Shown in pieces: positions 60,145-64,000 of a DNA stretch of 64,000 nucleotides. The first letter of the stretch is position 1; every line of letters starts with the position of its first letter. The stretch is taken from positions 6,617 to 70,616 of the forward strand of contig JAURGE010000008.1 of assembly GCA_030833925.1 (NCBI GenBank), written 5' to 3'. Source of the stretch: Alphaproteobacteria bacterium (lineage in GTDB: Bacteria > Pseudomonadota > Alphaproteobacteria > Bin95). The notes beneath the pieces are model-generated. The model ran no database searches. It was not told the DNA's origin and saw only the letters and a program-made list of their open reading frames with translations. A program made the translations under genes and the position numbers.

Positions 60145-60890
60145 CACTACTAATTGAAACACGCGGCCTTACAATCGACCTCTCCGGTCAGACAGTGCTC
60201 AAGCATGTAGATTTTGCCGTTACTAGAGGTGAAATCGTCGTAATTGTTGGCCCAAATGGATCTGGAAAAACCACTTTCTTGCGGGCCCTCATTGGCGCTG
60301 TAAAACCCAGTTCTGGCTCAGCCTATCGAAAGCCTGATTTGCGGATTGGATATGTACCCCAGAGACTCACAGTGGACAAAACAATGCCACTACAGGTAGC
60401 TGACTTCCTAAGCTTGCCACAAAGCCACAGCCGAGAGGATATTTCAAAAGCGCTCAAAACCGCTGGCGCAGAAGGATTAGGGAAACGGCAACTATCTGAG
60501 CTTTCTGGCGGTCAATTTCAAAAAGCTGTTCTCGCAAGAGCTATCCTTGGACAACCGGATGTATTGGTGCTGGATGAACCCACCCAAGGCCTGGACCAAC
60601 CTGGAGAGGCTGATTTTTACAAGCTAATCGAAGACATCCGGCAAGAGATTGGCTGCGCCATAATACTGGTCAGCCACGACCTTCACGTCGTAATGCGGGC
60701 TGCCGACAGAGTCATCTGCCTTAATGGTCATATCTGCTGCGAAGGAGCACCAACTGCTGTAGCTACAGCGCCTGAATATCAGGCTCTGTTTGGCCATGGC
60801 ACTAAAGGAACACTTGCTCTGTATCGCCATGAACACGATCACCACCATCACGACCACTCTAATGAAAACATCAAGGATCAGTCACATTGA
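60141..60890 (+). CDS. znuC: Zinc ABC transporter ATP-binding protein ZnuC
   Basis: Walker A GPNGSGKTT, LSGGQFQKA signature, His-rich C-terminus HEHDHHHHDH. Confidence 0.85.
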   Translation: MTLLIETRGLTIDLSGQTVLKHVDFAVTRGEIVVIVGPNGSGKTTFLRALIGAVKPSSGSAYRKPDLRIGYVPQRLTVDKTMPLQVADFLSLPQSHSREDISKALKTAGAEGLGKRQLSELSGGQFQKAVLARAILGQPDVLVLDEPTQGLDQPGEADFYKLIEDIRQEIGCAIILVSHDLHVVMRAADRVICLNGHICCEGAPTAVATAPEYQALFGHGTKGTLALYRHEHDHHHHDHSNENIKDQSH

Positions 60891-61672
60891 TACTGGATGA
60901 TTTCCTCATTCGGGCTGGCCTCGCAGGAATTGGACTGGCCGCTGCAGCGGGCCCTCTAGGTTGCTTCGTTGTTTGGCGTCGAATGGCCTATTTTTCCGAC
61001 GCAACTGCTCACGCCGCTTTGCTCGGAGTGGCTCTGGCTCTTGCCTTCTCGTTTCCAACTTATTTAGGCGTATTGATTGCAGCAACTGCCATCGCAACAT
61101 CAACGATGCTCTCTATTAATAAGGCTACTGCGACAGATACCATATTGGGAGTTGTTGCCCATTCAGCTTTAGCACTTGGCCTAGTTGCTGTATCGCTAAC
61201 TGCAGCTACCCGGCTTGATCTGATGGCCTTTTTGTTCGGCGACATACTGGCCGTTAGCATCCAAGACCTTATTTTCATATGGATTGGAGCAATAGTTGTG
61301 TCAGGCCTGATGATTTGGCGTTGGCGTGCGCTTCTAGCCATAACAATCAATGCTGATCTTGCATTTGCAAGTGGCATCAACGCTAAGCGTGAACAAGCGA
61401 TTTTAACTTTTGCACTAGCAATGACAGTTGCAATTTCCATTAAAATTGTTGGTGCCTTGCTCATCGGCGCAATGCTAATCATCCCAGCCGCTTCCGCACG
61501 CGGTCTTGTAAAGTCTCCAGCAATGATGGCGTTTGCAGCGATTGCCATTGGCTCATGTTCCACCATAAGCGGGCTAGGCGCATCCTATTTGTGGGATACG
61601 CCAACTGGCCCCACCATCGTTGCAATGGCGACGGTGTTTTTCATGTTGAGCAAATTTAACCCCCGAGCCTAG
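60887..61672 (+). CDS. znuB: Zinc ABC transporter permease ZnuB
   Basis: 261 aa, 8-TM, ABC-3 family pattern. Coupled to znuC with a 4-bp overlap. Confidence 0.85.
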   Translation: MILDDFLIRAGLAGIGLAAAAGPLGCFVVWRRMAYFSDATAHAALLGVALALAFSFPTYLGVLIAATAIATSTMLSINKATATDTILGVVAHSALALGLVAVSLTAATRLDLMAFLFGDILAVSIQDLIFIWIGAIVVSGLMIWRWRALLAITINADLAFASGINAKREQAILTFALAMTVAISIKIVGALLIGAMLIIPAASARGLVKSPAMMAFAAIAIGSCSTISGLGASYLWDTPTGPTIVAMATVFFMLSKFNPRA

Positions 61673-62592
61673 AGCCGGAGAATATATTCCGCGAGCGCCA
61701 CTTTATCGGCATCGGTGCGCATTATCGTTTGCGCCACTTCAACTTCTACACCGTTAATTTTGGACATATTTGATGTTTCTACGTCCGTTTCATCGATAAC
61801 CATTACATTCAGAAAATCTTTGTATTTTTCAGCTACAGCAATTGGCGATGGCGTAAATCCAAGTTCCCTAAACATCTTTGCTGTTGGCCCCTTGATTGCC
61901 TCGCCATTAACAATCGGAGAGATGGCAATTACAGGGGCAGAGGCTTCAATAAGCGAATGCCTTATCCCTGGAACAGCCAATATTGGGTCGATCGAAATGA
62001 AAGGGTTAGAAGGGCAGATCACTATCCGGTCTGCCTTCTGAATAGCTGTCAAAAGACCCGATGGAGGTAGAGCCTGCGCTACCCCTTCAAATCGAAACCC
62101 TGTCACTTTAGGCAATGATTGACGTTGAACAAAATACCTTTGGAAGGGTAGCAGACCCTCTTCCACGGTCTCAACTATTGTCGATACAGACGTATCGCTC
62201 ATTGGCAAAATACGTGCCGAAATGCCAAGGGTTCGGCGAAAATACTCAGTAACAGTGGACAAGGACTGGCCTTTATCAAGAGCTTCGCGTCTCAGCACAT
62301 GCATAGCGAGGTCACGATCACCAAGATTGAACCAGGTTTCACCCCCTAGTTTTTCGAGGGCGCCCATAAAAGCCCAGGTTTCATCTCTTAGCCCCCAGCC
62401 TCGGACGTCATCGTTCAAACCTGAAAGGGTATATATCAGCGTGTCTATATCAGGCGATACTGGCAAACCATGATGGCAGAAGTCATCACCAGTATTAGCG
62501 ATAATGGTAAGATCGTCAGAGGCGATCATCCGATTCAGGCCAAATGCTAACTTTGCGCCACCAACGCCACCAGATAACGCGACTACTTTCAT
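61669..62592 (-). CDS. cofD: 2-phospho-L-lactate (or 3PG-derived) transferase CofD/FbiA-like (CofD/UPF0052 family)
   Basis: N-terminus MKVVALSGGVGGAKLAFGL matches CofD/FbiA rather than YvcK. 307 aa. Overlaps cofE by 4 bp. Confidence 0.7.
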   Translation of the reverse strand: MKVVALSGGVGGAKLAFGLNRMIASDDLTIIANTGDDFCHHGLPVSPDIDTLIYTLSGLNDDVRGWGLRDETWAFMGALEKLGGETWFNLGDRDLAMHVLRREALDKGQSLSTVTEYFRRTLGISARILPMSDTSVSTIVETVEEGLLPFQRYFVQRQSLPKVTGFRFEGVAQALPPSGLLTAIQKADRIVICPSNPFISIDPILAVPGIRHSLIEASAPVIAISPIVNGEAIKGPTAKMFRELGFTPSPIAVAEKYKDFLNVMVIDETDVETSNMSKINGVEVEVAQTIMRTDADKVALAEYILRL

Positions 62593-63362
62593 CGAAAAAG
62601 ATCGTCAGCTGACGGGCGGACTAGATCAGCGCCACTTTGGTTATCATCTAATAAATTTAAACCCCTAAGAACCGCCACTGGAGTTCCCTCAGCCGCCTCA
62701 CCTATTAACAAATTAGCCGCTGCGGCAATCTCATCACCCGTCCCTACTATAGAAACCTTCAACTCGCGTCCCTGCATATCGAGTTGGCCGCGAATATCAT
62801 CAACCGTCCTGACACCTGATGCACCAAGAGCTAATCCCACTGTTCCAACACGCCAAGCACGACCAACGCTATCAGCTACAACAACCCCTATCCGGACACC
62901 AAAATGGGCTTCAAGACCAAGTCGAAGATTTTTAGCCGAAGCATCAGGGTCTTTTGGAAGCAATAAAACGCGATTTCCGTCCGCACCAATAATATTAGAT
63001 TGATCGGCTCCAGCATTAGCCATAACCCAGCCTCGCACATGCTCAACCACCAGCAAATTCGGCCGCCAACGCAGAACACATGCACTTTCGTCCAAAATAG
63101 CCTGAACTAACCGCGGGTCTTTGCCAGTTTTTTCAGCCCAGTCGAGAGCTTCCATGCCAGGTTCCACATCTGAAAGCTCGATGTACCGGCCTTCTGCCTT
63201 CGATACAATTTTCTGAGCAACCACAACTATATCTCCGTTGTGCAATTGCTCTCCGGTTTGTTCTAACGCAGTGGTGACATGCAGAATAAGGCTATCACCT
63301 GGATGTACTTCTGGAATTCCAGAAACGGTGAAGGCCTGAAAGGAACGGGAATGGATTGGCAT
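62589..63362 (-). CDS. cofE: Coenzyme F420-0:L-glutamate ligase CofE-like
   Basis: 257 aa. VVVAQKIVSKAEGR and C-terminal GxxxG pattern, as in CofE/FbiB N-terminal domain. Starts 10 bp after the upstream TerC stop. Confidence 0.7.
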   Translation of the reverse strand: MPIHSRSFQAFTVSGIPEVHPGDSLILHVTTALEQTGEQLHNGDIVVVAQKIVSKAEGRYIELSDVEPGMEALDWAEKTGKDPRLVQAILDESACVLRWRPNLLVVEHVRGWVMANAGADQSNIIGADGNRVLLLPKDPDASAKNLRLGLEAHFGVRIGVVVADSVGRAWRVGTVGLALGASGVRTVDDIRGQLDMQGRELKVSIVGTGDEIAAAANLLIGEAAEGTPVAVLRGLNLLDDNQSGADLVRPSADDLFR

Positions 63363-63372
63363 AATGGTCCAA

Positions 63373-64000
63373 CTATAAAGCTTGGGCGAGCATGACCCCG
63401 CCCTCCCAAATCATTTTGAGAGCCACGTAAAGTATTAATAGCAAGCCAACATAAGCAATCCAGCGATTTCTTTCGAGAAGGCGTGCAATCCAAGTCGCAG
63501 CAACTCCCATTAGCGCAACTGACAGAAAAAGGCCAAAAGCCATGATATAGGGGTGGTCATGCGCTGCACCGGCTACCGCCAAAACGTTATCGAGGGACAT
63601 TGTCAAATCAGCGACCAAGATTTGCACAATTGCCTGCCGAAGCGTCTTTTGCTTCGGTACAGAAACACTCGGACATTCCTCCCTTACGTTTAACGTCTCG
63701 CTAGACGAGGAAGATTGCAGGCTCGAGTGATTATCCCTGAGTTCTCGCCAAAGTTTCCAAGCAACCCACAGCAACAACACACCACCAGCAGCCATTAGCC
63801 CAACAATCGTCATCAGTTGGGCTGCAACAAGAGCGAACATAACTCTCATTAGCATCGCTGCAACGATGCCAATCATGATTGCTTTAGCTCGTAGTTCCTT
63901 TGACAACCCCGCAGCAGCCATTGCAACAATAACCGCGTTATCGCCAGCTAGAACTATATCAATACCAATAACCGTAGAGAGGGCCGTGAGTTGGTTCAGT
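63373..64000 (-). CDS. TerC-family integral membrane protein (C-terminal part; N-terminus beyond window end)
   Basis: DLTMSLDNVLAVAGAA TerC signature. Hand translation upstream of the listed ATG continues in frame (…IGIDIVLAGDNAVIVAMAAAGLSKEL), so the gene extends past position 64000. Confidence 0.8.
   Translation of the reverse strand, partial: LNQLTALSTVIGIDIVLAGDNAVIVAMAAAGLSKELRAKAIMIGIVAAMLMRVMFALVAAQLMTIVGLMAAGGVLLLWVAWKLWRELRDNHSSLQSSSSSETLNVREECPSVSVPKQKTLRQAIVQILVADLTMSLDNVLAVAGAAHDHPYIMAFGLFLSVALMGVAATWIARLLERNRWIAYVGLLLILYVALKMIWEGGVMLAQAL

Noticed and set aside
1-64000. Mobile elements, CRISPR arrays, prophage or defense islands
   Set aside because: I found no transposase, integrase, Cas, restriction or phage structural genes, and no spaced direct repeats. 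Only the lower-GC stretches at 29227..29589 and 35433..36317 stand out, without flanking repeats.

Overview
This is a gene-dense (~90% coding) chromosomal segment of about 50% GC. Gene content and order suggest an alphaproteobacterium: dctPQM TRAP transporter, the dapF–mtaB–ftsY cluster, a form-II coxG-coxSLM cluster, znuA / zur-znuCB, and a DUF3108 gene. All calls come from reading the supplied ORF translations for family-diagnostic motifs; no searches were run.

The window holds about 58 protein genes, one tRNA-Val(CAC), one plausible intrinsic terminator and one candidate Zur operator. I saw no rRNA, CRISPR array, transposase, integrase or phage gene.

Content is mostly catabolic and transport:
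- Transport: TRAP dctPQM (dctM truncated at the window start), modBC without modA, an MFS transporter, an RND pump with its membrane-fusion partner, and a lone LivH-like permease.
- Molybdenum hydroxylases: a coxG-coxS-coxL-coxM cluster with the form-II AYRGAGR motif, plus a second orphan CoxL-like large subunit.
- Flavin and redox enzymes: two luciferase-like (LLM) flavin oxidoreductases, two D-2-hydroxyacid dehydrogenases, and a YdiJ-like FAD/Fe-S oxidase.
- Amidohydrolase-type and small-molecule enzymes: a hyuA/hyuB pair plus an orphan hyuB next to a D-aminoacylase, a MaoC dehydratase and a nitroreductase.
- Oxygenases: two Rieske oxygenase alpha subunits with one beta subunit.
- Housekeeping: gpt, meaB, ltaE, dapF, mtaB, ftsY and an rlmI-like methyltransferase.
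- Zinc uptake: znuA / zur-znuCB.
- Window end: cofE-cofD (coenzyme F420 biosynthesis) lie directly downstream of a TerC-family membrane gene that runs off the end.

The points most worth a second look are:
- cofE-cofD next to TerC in this lineage, with LLM and nitroreductase genes elsewhere in the window.
- An LpoA-like repeat-bearing lipoprotein 18 bp upstream of modBC with no modA.
- The orphan CoxL-like subunit coupled to an NtaA-type monooxygenase.
- A small AT-rich membrane coiled-coil gene overlapping hyuA.
- A 393-aa unclassified protein divergent from the Rieske operon.
- Only one transcription regulator (Zur) across ~64 kb of catabolic genes.

I could not identify a clear, self-contained novel system (for example a defense island) from sequence alone.
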